64,000 nt of DNA from Nemertoderma westbladi (Eukaryota > Animalia > Xenacoelomorpha), in the NCBI GenBank assembly GCA_032718475.1, contig JAUCBJ010007345.1, positions 30,294-94,293 of the forward strand, given 5' to 3'. Both the position numbers and the translations under genes were made by a program. Position 1 is the stretch's first letter. Every line of letters begins with the position of its first letter. Of the stretch, positions 37,678-51,600 are shown piece after piece. The notes beneath the pieces are model-generated. The model did no database searches, was not told the origin of the DNA, and was given only the letters and a program-made list of their open reading frames with translations.

Positions 37678-38200
37678 AAATTATTAAACAGTTTGTTGAA
37701 TATAGGATAATATATATGAAATTTAAACAGAGAACACATTTAATGTACATTTACCGGTATAGAAACAGCAAACAACAACAATATTTTTTATACTATTTAT
37801 ACTTTACAGTTATTAACATATTTCTGGTTCGTATGAAATTTCTAGTTTGACATTATCAAATATAACATAAAACCCGATATTGTTTATAAGTAAACCTATA
37901 GATTATGGTGTCAATACTAAAAATATAAGTACACAAATTAATAGATTTAAAAATCAAATTAATGATTGTTTTTTAAAATATATGCTTTTTAACTTTATTA
38001 AAATTATATTTTCTACCAAGAATTGTTATTCGTCCATTTGTAAACATTAATAAGGTTGCACCAAATACCTTATATATAAACTGATTAGGTTTGAGTATAA
38101 TTTTACCTGACAATTGATTTTTTAATTCTTTTAAATTAAGTCCTTAAATGATCTGCTTACAACTTATATTTTTATTCACTATTTGATAATTCATCATCAT
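37678..38200 (-). pseudogene. TATA-box-binding protein (TBP)-like gene, decayed
   Basis: Manual translation: YQIVNKNIS..LNLKEL..P.QFIYK..ATLLMFTNGRITILG (repeat 1); ISYEPEI..IVVVCCFYTGKCTL..YPIF (repeat 2); not in ORF track because of stops. Confidence 0.7.
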
Positions 38201-41200
38201 CTTTCGGTTCTTCATAAATTGGTATATTTGATTTTTTTATAGGTTTTTTGAGGTTTGTTTTATAGTGTCCCCAAGGAAGTGATTTTTATTAAGCCAATAA
38301 AGTTTATCATCAAAGCTACTGAGTGCAAATTTATTTTGCCTTAAGGTTTAAATACGATGTAATTTAGATTTAAATCTGTGTATGTTTTTTTATTTCTTCA
38401 TTTGAGTTATATGCTTCTTAATAATATTCTTCATGAGTATTATTCGTTTCCACAATAGGTCTTGTAAAAGCTTTTGCTCTGCGAATATTTCTGTTATTCC
38501 ATTCCAAAATTGAATATAATTTTGGTCTTAAAAATACTCCTTGTTTAATTTCACGTGAGGCTAGTTCATCTTTACAGTAATAAAGTCTTGATTTATTTTT
38601 ATTACTATAACGCGGGTGATCCGGAGGGTAAATGGATGTATCTAAAATATTATTTTTAATTAATGCTTTTAAAAAATTACTCTGCGATGTATTATAATAA
38701 CAACCTATTAAAGATTCTGTATCTGATGCAACAATTTCAATACGGCAGTTTAATTCTTTCTCAATAGGCAGTAATCTATTGTAATACAGTTCATACATAT
38801 CAAGTTTAGCCAAATCCAACACCGCGCTACCAATAAATATAGGCTTATCTAGAGTTACTGTGTCTTTCACAAATAAATGACCCGATAATGTTTTATTGTA
38901 TATTTTAAATTGTTCATGATTAATACGTTTCACCAATTGGTCACATTTATCATTGCTATTTGCGATACAAAAGTTACATTGGTCCCGTATCTTTTCTATA
39001 GTCTTACCAATTAAAGATTTATTAAGCAGCTTTGCGACAGCCATTTCAATGTAACTTTTTGCTAGTCGTCTTTGATTAATATTAAAATCGATTTAATTTT
39101 TAAATACAAATTCTTGTTGAAAAGAATATAATTTATGTAGTTTAGTAACAATTAATCCTTGTTTTATATAAAATTTTAACAGTTTCAAATGTAAATGATA
39201 AAATTCTTTATCAAATTGTGTCAGCAAGAGTTTTGGAGTAGACATCTTATATTTACCGGAGGTGCCTCTTTGTATCGATAAGTTATTAAATTGTTCCCTC
39301 ATATAAGGTGAAAGCATTGATTCATTTATACTTAAATGCTCAGAGGCTAACGGTAATTGTAATGTTTGATCGTGAATAGCTTTGGGGTATTTTAATTCAA
39401 ATATTAAAAAATATCCAGTAGATCTGTCATTGTCTAAATCTTCCAAGTACTCGATTAGTTTTTCTGGAATTACATTCTCTAAATGTTTAATACTTACTTC
39501 TTTGAATTGTGAGGTGGATAGTTTTTTACTTACATTCCCAGAATATAATGAGTTGAAATCAATATTAAAAATATGGCATTCTTCCTCAGTAGAATCATAT
39601 GTAATTGTTTTGGGTATATTTGATTCTATACAATGCTTACAACAAAATGAAACACCACCCCTAATTGATTTTTGAAAATCTCTGTATGTCTGATAATCCT
39701 TTATTAATTCTATTTTACATTTATTGTATTTTAGAGCGCAATCATAGGTAAATGATGTGATACTAGAGTAAAAAACCACTTCTAAATCGTAATTTTGTTT
39801 CCTAAAACAAAACATTCCTAAAATTCTCAAATATATCAACAAGCAAGCAAACATCGAGTTTTAAATAGGCTAAAAGATAAAAAAAAAGATCTTTGAGATT
39901 CACGCAGTCTAATTCTACCTTCTACCAGCAAACCTATAATCTTCAATTGTACATGTTTTTTGGCAAACCTGTATCATTAAATTTATTTATATCTGTCAAG
40001 TACTCGTATGGAAATACTCCTTTTCGATTAACTGTTATTCAGGTTTGGATAAAAATATTTCATTTCTTGTAGAGTAATAGGTAAAATTGAGCTTATATCA
40101 TGACTCGCTACATCCTTTGTTGAACACTAAACTAAATTACTTAGGGAAAAGCTTAACAATTGATATGTGCCTAAGATACGTAACTCAATTTTTTTAGAAG
40201 TGTTTTTAATTGGGATAAAAGCACTCAGTAAAATATATCGTTCTGTATTTCTCAGTATAACCTTTATATCCCTATGTGTGTATTTCTTATCTCTAAATCC
40301 GGTTTGTAATATACAATGTATATTGTAGTGATTGCCATTGTACCCGCAAAGTACATACAGGTATCGTTTCAATGATAAACTCCGGTTACACCTATTATAG
40401 GCTGCCGCAATATATTTACCTGTAATATATGAATGATGTCTATTTTTCCCTACATTATTATTTAAAGTAACATTACAATAAAAACCAATTTTTGCCTGTT
40501 CAAAATTTACAAAATTAATATTAGTAAATAATATAGTTTTATGGGTATATAATTCTGACCAGCAACATAACTAGGTTAAATCAGTATATAATGAATCTAA
40601 GAAATCTTGAATACAATTATAATTATTATTATTTGACTTTACGAATGTTTTCAAATGACATTTTGGAGGATCAATTAATTCACTATTTGGAACAATTAAA
40701 TAAGTGGCAGCACACGGTATATGCTCCTGTATAAATTGATTATTAACTGAGGGTTGTAAGATATATTCTATATCAAAGTAGGTGACAAACAATGGGGATA
40801 AGGTTCTAACTAAATTTGTAAAACTAATGTGTGTTCTTTTTTTATTAGGCAGTTTCTCTCGTTGACTTCTTCCTTGGTAACAGGCGAGACGGTGTAGTTG
40901 GAGAACTTCCTTTCGATAAAAATGCCCCAAACACCTTTCACAATATTGTCTATTGTGGATATGAAGAGCTTTCGTATTCAGCAATCGATTCAAGTTAGTT
41001 ATGCAAACATAATGATTCAGTTTAGGTACATTGTTATTTTTTACTACAAGTAATATATTTAATAACTCTTTATCTGGTGTTATTTTACTAAATGGAGGTT
41101 GTCTTAATATAGATACGGGGGTCTGTTTGTTTTTGTTATTCCAGCATAATAAATTAATTATATATTTCGAATTTTGTTTTTCAAAAAGTTAAATCGCTAG

Positions 41201-42193
41201 CTGCCACTCTTTTGGATAATCATTTTTCCCGTTGTCAAAATTGAAATATCTCATATAATTTTTGTACTGGGAAGTATGGTATTTGTGCGTTTTCACTTTG
41301 CTACTAAATTTTGCGGTTATAATAGCCCATTTGAAACAGTCATTATCAGCCATTTGTATATTTATTGTATAATTTTTACTCGATAGAGCCTTAAGTAATT
41401 CCATCTATCCATGTCCCTTATATAGTAACGACCTATACTTAAATTCAGCTAATTTAATTTCAACTCTTAATAAAGATTTAATACGCCAGCTCAAACCACA
41501 TATATTAAACATGGCTATATTTTGTAATATATTTTCAAGTACATACTCAAACCATAGATCAAAACTTTGTGATACAGTATTAATAGCACCACCGGAAGAA
41601 TTAAAATAAAAGGTTTCTAATTGCTCACCTTCTGAAAAATGTGTTATGTACATTAATACATTTAGACCTAACCACAGTCTAAGAACATTAATTTCTTTCA
41701 ATCTGTCTAATATTAACTGAAGAATATTACCTCGAATTTGCGCTAATGCTGTTTCTACATCGGGATAATCTCTAGAAGTTGGGAGGTCATGGACATAAAT
41801 TTCAAGACGATTATCGTGAGCTTCTTGTTCCCGCGTAAAAATTGTTGCACATGTACCAAGAGCCACCCTTAAGTTTTTTCTAGATATTAAATTTTTATGT
41901 TGCGGAGATTTACGCTTTCTTGTTTAATAACATTTCAAGTGACAGTCGTGTCATAAATAATTCTCATATGTATACTCTTTATTACAGGTAGAACAAGTCA
42001 ATTGATAGGTGCAAAACTCCATTTCTTTACAGCCCGTAGTTGATTCATGTCGTTTACAAATTTAACCTCATAAAGTTGTGACATGACACTTAAAACAAGA
42101 ATAACCTTCAAAATGCGACTTTAGGTGACGTAAATAATTATGTCTAGTTACATTCATATGACAGAATGAACAACATTTTACTATTTTATCCAT
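38172..42193 (-). pseudogene. Protein-primed family B DNA polymerase (pPolB) with N-terminal Zn fingers
   Basis: DNDCFKWA..HYVCI, YFDIE, SIRGG, DFNSLY, KLLNKSLIGK, SDTES, LRPKLYS, FDDK, LPWGHY; many disablements. Confidence 0.93.
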
Positions 42194-42784
42194 GTTGAAG
42201 TTTGTTTAGATTATATAATAATAATAAAATATCACTAAAGATTAATATGAAATGAAATGTTATTGACTATATCTAAACATTGATATGCTACCGAGCAAAA
42301 TAATTTTAAAACAATCACCAACCACATATGATCCACATACAGGCGCTCGAGCTGTCGGGGTTAACAATTCAATTTTTATTGGAATAATTGAATTAGGCCT
42401 GCAGTAACTATTTTCAGGCTGTGTTATTGGAAACATTTTTTTATTACGGTGTATTTTACCTAAAAAAAATTCCGAAAAGAAATGAAATAATGAATAATAT
42501 ATTCGAAAAAATGATCTTATCTATAGACTCAAGCTACCCCGACATTGTCACCCCGCTTAATCAATAATATTTTGACCAATGGGTATATTTATAATGGGTG
42601 TGTCTTTAAAACGTCGATCGCTCGCTGCGATCGTTCGTTTTTATTAAATGATTACAGTAAAAATATCCGTCGGGAAAGTTTACGATGCCGACATTAAATT
42701 AAATTAGCTCATGCTTAAAATTATGAAACTTCTAAGAAGCTACACAGTTAATACAGTTGACGTCAATCAATTTAACCGTAAGTA

Positions 42785-43130
42785 ATGTCTTACAAAATTA
42801 ACGACTTTGAAGGGCAACAATTTGTCAGCGTTTGGGAAGCGGATGATATAGGTAGACAGCGGAAGGGTGTTCTATATTACGATGGGTTGAATCTCAGAGC
42901 GGATGAATTCTGTTTGCTCGAATTTAACATAGATAAGAATGTTAAGGAGAATATCGACGAGGTTAGTTTAAGGTACACATTGATCGTTAACGAAAACGGG
43001 ATATATTTGTCCCACAACTTCGACACCAAGGTTATTTTCATCCCTCAAAACAACGCAAATGTCAAGATAATTAAGGAATTACAGAAATACGCGGGCCATG
43101 ATATTCCGACTGGGTGTGACTGGGTGGAGC
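42785..43130 (+). pseudogene. Hypothetical gene divergent from pPolB, truncated by RTE fragment
   Basis: ATG-initiated globular-looking ORF running into LINE sequence. Confidence 0.5.
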
Positions 43131-43328
43131 TTATGCTCATCCGATCAGAGACTTGCTGAGGACTTTCAAAGTTAACTGTCAAAATTTTGGTCTTTATGGA
43201 GTTAATAAAAAGACCAACACTAGAAGCAGCCTGTTCTGATGAGCTGAACAGCTGTTGTACTCCCTCTAGTGATCTTGAGAGTACTCCTAAGTCCTCAGCA
43301 AAGTCTAGATTAGTTAGGTACTTTGTAG
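43126..43328 (-). mobile_element. RTE-clade LINE RT fragment
   Basis: LDFAEDL..GLFIN..KTK; matches about 54020-54220. Confidence 0.85.
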
Positions 43329-43583
43329 GATGACCCCCCCTCCCTGTCATGAAACGGACTTTTCCTGAGATTGTAGATACAGTACTTTTAGGGCTACTGA
43401 TTGGTGCTGGGAGTTGTTTGGTGTACCGGTATGTGTAATTCTGTGTTTTTGTTAACCTATGACTCTTTATTATTTGTACCTACAGCCTGACCGTTCGACA
43501 TGTTTCTTGTTGTCAGATTGCAGATTAAAGGTTTTTTAGTTGTTTAGTAGCTGATGCCCTTTTCTCGCGATAGATTCGTGACA

Positions 43584-43600
43584 TGGTGCGGTGACCCGGG
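43584..43600 (+). promoter_or_regulatory. Primer-binding site, tRNA-His-like
   Basis: TGGTGCGGTGACCCGGG directly after 5' LTR, close to the His PBS TGGTGCCGTGAC. Confidence 0.7.
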
Positions 43601-44062
43601 AACAAAGAAAATATTAATGCGAACCAGGGAAATTTAAAGCTTATCACATAGCCAGATACTGAGATAGCTGCATAGTCCTAACTGCCTGAATACTGATGTA
43701 ATGCCCACTGGGAGCCAGGGGTACTGGTTAAAGTTATACAGTTATAATGGTGTCGCTGTTGGTTGGTGTGGTACCGGTACAAATCTTACCCTACTGCTGT
43801 ACTGTTACATAGGCCTATGCATGGCAGCATGGCTTATTTTGCAATTTATTGATGGTGACTCGGATCATATGATCTGCTGGACTACTGGAGTTTCAAAGGG
43901 AGAAACAACTTTGGATCTATCAGATAATCAGAGGTGAGATTACTGATAGAAATTATTTCTGTCACCAATTGTTACTTCAATATACATTGCACATAGGCCC
44001 ACTGCTTCGGAATACTGAATACCGGTATTTATATACAGATATAGGCCTACATATATCACAGT

Positions 44063-47000
44063 ATGTCTGGGAAAATAAGGAAATTAATTGGACCAGCCAA
44101 ATCCCGGCTGGTAAATCTGATTCAACAAAGTAAACAACTTACAAATACTAGGCTACCTGCTGGTCAAACTTTGGAAAATTATACAGAATTTAGAGAGGAT
44201 ATAGTGAAGATATCTAATAAAATAGATATACAGGTAGAGACAATGCAGCAATGTAGGCATGATTTTTTAGAATTATTGGACAGTTTGGATGCTGATCATG
44301 CTGAACATCAAATTTATAAACAAGTTGCTTATGGTGATAATGGGTTTTTAGCGATTGTAGATTGTGGGCAAGATTGTTTGGATGACTTAAGGGCCCGATT
44401 AGATACTGTTGACCGGTACCAGATGATGGCTGTGCAAGCACAGACTCATGTTCTACCTACCATGTCTACCCATACCGGTACTCCTTCTACTAATCCAGTT
44501 TTACCAGGCCCATATCACCGTGAACAGAATGCTCGGCTGCCAAAAATTGAACTACCTAAATTTTCTGGAGATAACATAAGTAAATGGGTTGATTATTGGG
44601 CAATTTTTGATTCAGCCATACATTCCAGAACAGATATACCAATACCCCAGAAATTTTCGTATTTGAAAGCCTCTTTAATTGGTAATGCTGCAGCTGTTGT
44701 TATGGGATTTCCCCTTGATGAGCAGAGTTACAATGATGCTGTTAGCTTACTAAAGAAGCGTTACGGTAATCAGACTTTACAAAAAACGGCACTTTATAAA
44801 GAATGGGCATCTTTGAATTTGACTAGTAACAAAGTATATGACATTAGAAAATTTGTAGACAGTGCTCAACGGATTTTCAGGCAATTGAAAGGCTTGGGTG
44901 ATGATCTTTTCTCCAGTGAGCTAGTGGCTTCACAGTTGCGCGATAAACTGCCAGATATGGTATTGATTGAACTTGGAACTGAACATCCTATTTATGAGCC
45001 CTGGAGTTTAAATGAAATTTTTGATGGTTTAGAAAAATATTTTAATATCCGTGAACATTTGCCAGAAATGACTAACAATGCAGAGGTTGTTGTAGGTAGA
45101 CCTAGAGAAGCAAGTAGACATGTTGATTTTACTGATGATTATAGGGTTAAGTCTACTTCTAGTACACTTATGGCTACCTCCACTAGGCCTACAACTTCTT
45201 TGGGCTCTGCTGTAGTAAATGTAGGATGTGTATTTTGTAATGGGAGTCATTACAATGAGGATTGTCAGAGATATTCAACTCTGAGAGAGAGGACAGACAA
45301 ATTAAAGGCAATGGGAAGGTGTTTCATATGTTTGAGAGGTAAACATTGTGCTCAGGATTGCCATCAACGTGATAAGTTTTGTGCTCATTGTAAAAGAACA
45401 AGGCACCATAATCGAAGTATTTGTCCTAAGAAGTTTGGAAATCCAGACCAATCTATAAAGCCTGAAAGAAAACCCAATGACTTAAGAAATTCAATATATC
45501 CAAATTTAGCTAAGGGTAAGTCTGGGTCTGTTTTGTCTGCTGCAGTCAGTGAACAGACAAGTCATGCATTATTGAGTACTGATGATGATTCATTTTTCCA
45601 TACTGCATCTATTAAGGTAAGAAGACCAGGATCAGATGAAATACTACCAGCTAGATTGATATTGGATTCTTGTTCTAATCGGACATTTATTACTGATAAT
45701 TTGGCAAAGAGTTTGGGTATAAGGCAAATGGGTCAGCAGACATTACAGATGAGAGTCTTTGGTACTGACCGATGTATCTCAATCGATACATATTTTGGTG
45801 AAATTGAAATATTTCTTAAGGATGGGACAACAATGTCTATGATGGTTAATACACATTCTGATCTTACTGGAGATATTGTACGAGAGGAATTAGCTGCAGA
45901 AGATATGAGAGTTATAAAGCAGTACCCTAGGGATCTATTGGCAGATTCAATTTCTAAGGGTAAAGACATTTTCAAACCAGATATATTGGTAGGAATGGAC
46001 TATTTTTGGGAGTTCCTTCGCTCAAAGAGATGTGTTCCTGAAGTACAACTCCCATCGGGCCTATTGCTTATGCCTTCCACACTTGGACTCCTTCTTGGGG
46101 GATGTGCAGGCAACACTGCTTTCTCAAAACGTGGCAGGTGTACACAAACATTGTTTACTCCTTCAGTTGGTGGTCCAATCGTGGTCCCCTCTGTGTATGA
46201 TAAGAAGGATATTAATATGACAGATTTTTGGTCTTTGGAAGCAGTGGGCATTACTGACGATCCAACTAGTGAGGATGATACTGCTATGGAGACTCTTCAA
46301 AAGAGTATTACTTTTATAGATGGTCGATATCATGTCATTTGGCCATGGAAATATCCCAGTCCAAAGTTGCCAAGTAATTATGGTCTTGCACTTGGCAGGT
46401 TAAAGTCATTATCTGGCCGTTTAATAAAGAATATTAAACTGTTAAATGACTACTCAAATATAATTAGTAACCAATTAATATGTGGAATGATTGAGAAGGT
46501 TGGCATTGGGGATAATATTCATGGGGATAGATTAATCCACTATATACCACATCACCCAGTTTTTAACCCAGGCTCAGAGACTACAAAGGTACGTATTGTA
46601 TTTGATGCTTCTTCCAAAACAAGCAAAAATTTGAACAGTCTCAATGACTGTCTCCTCTGTGGGCCAAACTTAGTCATAAACTTATCTGGTCAGTTATTGC
46701 GATTTAGAATAGCTAAAATAGCAATTATTGCTGATATAGAAAAGGCCTTTCTCAACATAGGCCTTAACGAACAGGACCGTGATGTTTGTCGTTTTCTTTG
46801 GTTTAAGGATCCTTCTAACCCTGCTGTTCAGGGTAATGTGGAATGTTATAGATTTACACGTGTTCCTTTTGGTATAGTAGCAAGTTTGTTTCTGTTAATG
46901 GGTATTCTGCTGCTCTATCATCTAAACCAGTATTCACTGAAGCATTCTAAATATATTCCATTATGTAATGAGATGGCTGATAATATTTATGTTGATAACA

Positions 47001-49816
47001 TGTTCTTTTCAGCAGATTCAGCAGATGAGGGTTTTGATAAATACCAGGAATCAAAACTTTGTCTCTCACAAGCATCACTAAACTTGAGGCAATGGGTATC
47101 TAACTCAAAGGACTTAATGAAACTGATACCAGCAGATGATCATACTCCTGTTTCAATTGTCAAATTTTTAGGCTATATGTGGAATATAGAAGATGATACT
47201 ATTGTTGTGAAGAATGTACATCCTTTTAAGGTTCGAGATGACCTTACTAAGAGACTTATATTGAATATGGTTGCAAGTTTTTTTGACCCAATTGGTTTGT
47301 GGTCACCATGCTTGCTGCCTGGGAAGCTTCTGTTTCAAGAGACATGGAAGCATCATTTTGATTGGGATGAAATACTTCCACCTAACATTCAAAGAGAGTG
47401 GAAGAAATGTGTGGAATATATGAGTCATGTCAATGGTTGCCGTCCACGAAATATTTTTACAGATGCAAATTCTGGTGAAGATATATCCTACCAGTTGATT
47501 GCATTTACAGATGCTTCGAAAGTGGCTTACGGTGTTGCAGTGTATTTGAGAAAGGTTTCTGCAAACTATATACAAGCACGGTTATGTTATGCTAAATCAC
47601 GCATGGTCTCTATTAAGAAAGTTGATAAATCTACAGATGAAAAGGGTATACGAATCCCAAGGTTAGAATTAATTGGAATACAACTAGGAATCAAATGTTT
47701 GACATTTGTTATCAAACAGATTCATCTCAGAATAGCAGACACTTACCTACTTTCTGATTCACAAGTTGCCCTCCATTGGGTTCACTCTACTAAACCCTTG
47801 CAGACATTTATTTCTAATAGAGTAAAGGAAATACGCAAATTGGAAGGGGTAAAATTCAATTATGTGCCCAGTGCCCAAAACCCGGCAGATCTACTGACTC
47901 GGGGAGTCAGCTCAGCAGAGCTTAATAATATGAGATTTTGGTGGCATGGGCCTGAATGGCTTGAATTGGATGTAATTCATTGGCCAAGTATGATCTTACC
48001 ACAGTTATCAGTGGAGGAAAATCTTTCAGTTACAGTTGAAGAAATTGATATTACTAGTGTCTCACTGTCTACTCATCCTATCGTTATACATCAGTACCCA
48101 TTGGATATTGACCCAAAGAAGTATTCATCATATAATAAACTTCTGCGAATAACTGTATATTGTTTCAAATTTCTACTAGCTATAATGAAACCAACACATA
48201 GTTTGCCTATTGTGTCATTAGGGGCATCAATAACTGCATCTGATATTATGTGTATTGAAAATTTATGGATATTAGCTATTCAGAGAATGCATTATTGGGA
48301 TGTTTTTAATGCATTAATCACAAAATCAGTTAAAAATAATATGGTACATCAGCTTGGTTTATTCCTTGATGACTATGGTCTAGTGGTCTAAGGGTACTTG
48401 TGGAGCAAGTTCCCATTATTGTTACCAAAAATGGATTATGTGACAAGGCTTATTATTAGTGACATACATGAAAGAATAATGCATGGGAGGGTTAATCACA
48501 CACTCAGTAATCTTAGGAAAAGGTTTTGGGTTCCTCAAGGGCGCTCTATTGTCCATCAGATTCTTAAATCCTGTTTTATATGCAAGCGGTATGGTAATGG
48601 ACCATATCGTCTACCTCTATTTAGTCGCCTGCCAGAGGAACGCCTTGGAGCTCATAATCCACCCTTCAGTTTAGTAGGACTTGATTATTTTGGATATTTC
48701 GTAACTCGTGATGACTCAGTTTCAGAAGGGAATTCTAAGGTATGGGTGTGCTTATTCACTTGTCTAGTGACGAGGGGAGTTCATCTGGAAGTGGTCTATG
48801 ATATGTCCACAGAGGAATTTATTTTAGCCTTGCAAAGATTCTGTGCTCGGCGTGGATCTCCTCAACAAATCCTGTCTGATAATGCTTCACAGTTTAAACT
48901 GGCGGATTTGGTTCTTAGAAATTTCTGGGATGAACTGCCAACCAACCCCAATATTTCAGCATATCTCAATAATGAACGCATTATGTGGAAGTTTATTCCA
49001 GCATTATCGCCTTGGCAGGGAGGAATTTATGAGCGAATTGTGGGTCTTGTGAAAGTGGTTCTTCGAAAAACACTTAGTAAGAAACTCTTTTACCCACATC
49101 AGTTGCAAACAGTCTTATGCCAAGTGGAGTATATGATTAACTCCCGACCTTTAACTTATGTCCCAAATGAAGTTGGAGATAAACCTGTGATCTGCCCTAA
49201 TGATTTTTTAATACCAGGACATTCCAATTCTATTCAGATACTAGAAGATGATAGTGATTTGAGTGACCCTACATATATTCCTCAGCAGTCATCTGTTTCG
49301 AATGTTAGAGATTCATTCAAGAAGATGAATCATATGTTGAATTATTTTTGGACAGTATGGAAAGATGACTATTTAATGGCTCTTCAGGAACGGAAAGATT
49401 ATTGCCATAAAAGTAGTCGGCGTAGTGTTGATGAGGAACCAAAAGTCGGAGATGTAGTGTTGTTGAAGGAGGATGGTGTTTCACGGTGTCTATGGAAAAC
49501 TGTTACAATTTATAAGATTAACAGAAGTAAAGACTCCATGATTCGCTCTGTAGAAGTACTTTTACCTAACAAGGATCTTAATGCAAAAAAGCGATTTTTA
49601 ACACGCCCAATTAATTTACTTTATCCTCTGGAACTTTCGATCCAGGACCCCTTTCAACTCCAAGTAAAAGATAACCATAGTTCTGGGACAGGACCTACTC
49701 GCCATCAACCTGTTCGGAAGGCAGCAATTAAATGTCGTCAGCGTATTGGTGAACTTTTAAATAATGACATTCTCAACATCTCTTCTGGGGAGTGTCATGA
49801 AACGGACTTTTCCTGA
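44063..49816 (+). CDS. gag-pol: BEL/Pao Gag-Pol polyprotein with one in-frame stop (48389-48391)
   Basis: LPKFSG, three Cys/His knuckles, ILDSCS, YVDN, FTDAS, RLEL, NPAD, HGR..C..C, DYFG, SDNA, YERIV, VGDVV, RPI..LYPLE; both ORFs in the same frame. Confidence 0.95.
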
Positions 49817-50031
49817 GATTGTAGATACAGTACTTTTAGGGCTACTGATTGGTGCTGGGAGTTGTTTGGTGTACCGGTATGTGTAATTCTGTGTTTTTGT
49901 TAACCTATGACTCTTTATTATTTGTACCTACAGCCTGACCGTTCGACATGTTTCTTGTTGTCAGATTGCAGATTAAAGGTTTTTTAGTTGTTTAGTAGCT
50001 GATGCCCTTTTCTCGCGATAGATTCGTGACA

Positions 50032-51217
50032 CTCCCGTGGTTTTTTTGTTATAACTATGAAACAAACGCAGTTGGGAATCTGAAATTATATGACACTTTC
50101 CTAAACATCTATTGTCTTCCTAGTAATTAAACCGGTTTTTAAAAATATTGGGAAGTTTTAGAATTATAGCACAATTTGTGAACCAAGTTTCAATTGCTCA
50201 TGACAACTTATTTCTCGCGTGGTAGACGTTTATGGCGGTTCGTTCTGAATTCACTTGAATAAATAATTATCTAACTAGACAATCAAACTTGTATTTTTTG
50301 GAAATGGGTGCAAAATTTGGTGCAAGCACCAAATTTTGAAATCCATCAAATACAACAATTTATTCTGTCACCTTGTTTATTGTTTATAAGGGTTTGTTAA
50401 GGTGCTGAATTCAATGGAATAGTTTTTCAAGTATTAAAACTTCTATTTTTCGCCGGTGGGTGAAAATTCTTGTGCCAGCACCAAATTTTTGAAAATAAGA
50501 AAATAAGCAAATTGATCAATAGATGGTATCATGTTGTTTCTTGCGTTATACTGGTTTTTGAGGCTCCCGAATCAGAAGGAATCCATAAAAACAGCACTGG
50601 GTATCTCAATCTTGTACTTTTTGGTAATGGGTACGAAATTTGGTGCTAGCACCAAAATTTGCCATAATACGCCGAAAAATACGAGTAGCAATGATCTGGC
50701 AAATTAGAAATGTATTCAATTAGAATCAGTGCCCAGAAAACGTGGAAATGTAAATTTATAGCATCATCGTGTATGTGAATTAAATGTTTTGTGTTCAAAC
50801 TGAAATGTGCTGGTTACTTGTTTTTTTATTTTTTACCTACGTAGAGGACTTAAACAGCCATTTATAGTAATCAGATCATTTTTAAATATTTTCCAATGGA
50901 TTTTTGGCCCGAGAAAACCAGTATTCAAAAACAATTAGCCGAAAACTGAAACTTTATTATTATTATTATTAATTATTATTTACTACTTGTAATTTTGGTG
51001 CCTCAAAATAACCACCCAGTACATTTTTTCGAAATTTTTTTTGTCGGTCGGATTCAGATTAGTGAAATCTAAGTACAAACAAAAAAAATCAGACGTTTTC
51101 GTTAATACTTCCCGATTTTAGAAGGGAATATAAGGGGGGGGGGTCAATATGACCCCCCCCCCCCACCCCCCCTCCCCTGTATTTGTAGAGCATTTTTATA
51201 GCCCGGTACTAATATGG
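50032..51217. mobile_element. piggyBac-like MITE remnant, target of the BEL insertion
   Basis: Right end CCCGGTACTAATATGG+TTAA and poly-G/poly-C hairpin resemble the 22180 MITE; only a stub of the left end remains at 43330-43344. Confidence 0.5.
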
Positions 51218-51329
51218 TTAAAGTAAATTGTAAATCAAGAAAGGTACTCTATAAATACAACTATCGTTAGGATCTTTTACAAGATCTTGTAATATATTAC
51301 AAAATATTCAAAATAGCTTTCATCGTTAC

Positions 51330-51600
51330 TTATACCAGAGTTGATGTGTGAATTTCGTAAATCTTGTTATTTACTCTACAAAAATTCTCTAGTCTACATA
51401 TAGAGCAAAACTTAAAATAATCCTTGTTAATTTCCGTAATATTTAACAATATATCATGACAAGATGGTCTACATATATGACAATACATGGGCAGTGCAGT
51501 GTATGGGTTGTATTTTCCCATACAAATAATCCCTTTCAAACTTTAGGTACATTTTTCTCAGGATTTGCTTGGTCGTTTGCTCTGAAATTTAATACAGTAA
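51330..51600 (-). pseudogene. Small Cys-rich hypothetical gene fragment
   Basis: CHICRPSC..CSIC..C; upstream stop. Confidence 0.35.

Larger units (their letters stand above)
33613..43130. mobile_element. Polinton family A second copy: protease and DEDD-like (+); small ORF, TBP-like and pPolB (-); divergent ORF (+)
   Basis: 33613-35830 aligns with 6670-10330 minus insertions and continues into pPolB. Confidence 0.88.
43345..50031 (+). mobile_element. Complete BEL/Pao LTR retrotransposon
   Basis: 239-bp TG..CA LTRs 43345-43583 and 49793-50031, identical by eye; TSD CTCCC; PBS; short purine run GGGGAG before 3' LTR. Confidence 0.97.

Noticed and set aside
48389-48397. Programmed stop-codon readthrough before integrase
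   Set aside because: TAA lies where conserved residues are missing; a deletion lesion is more likely
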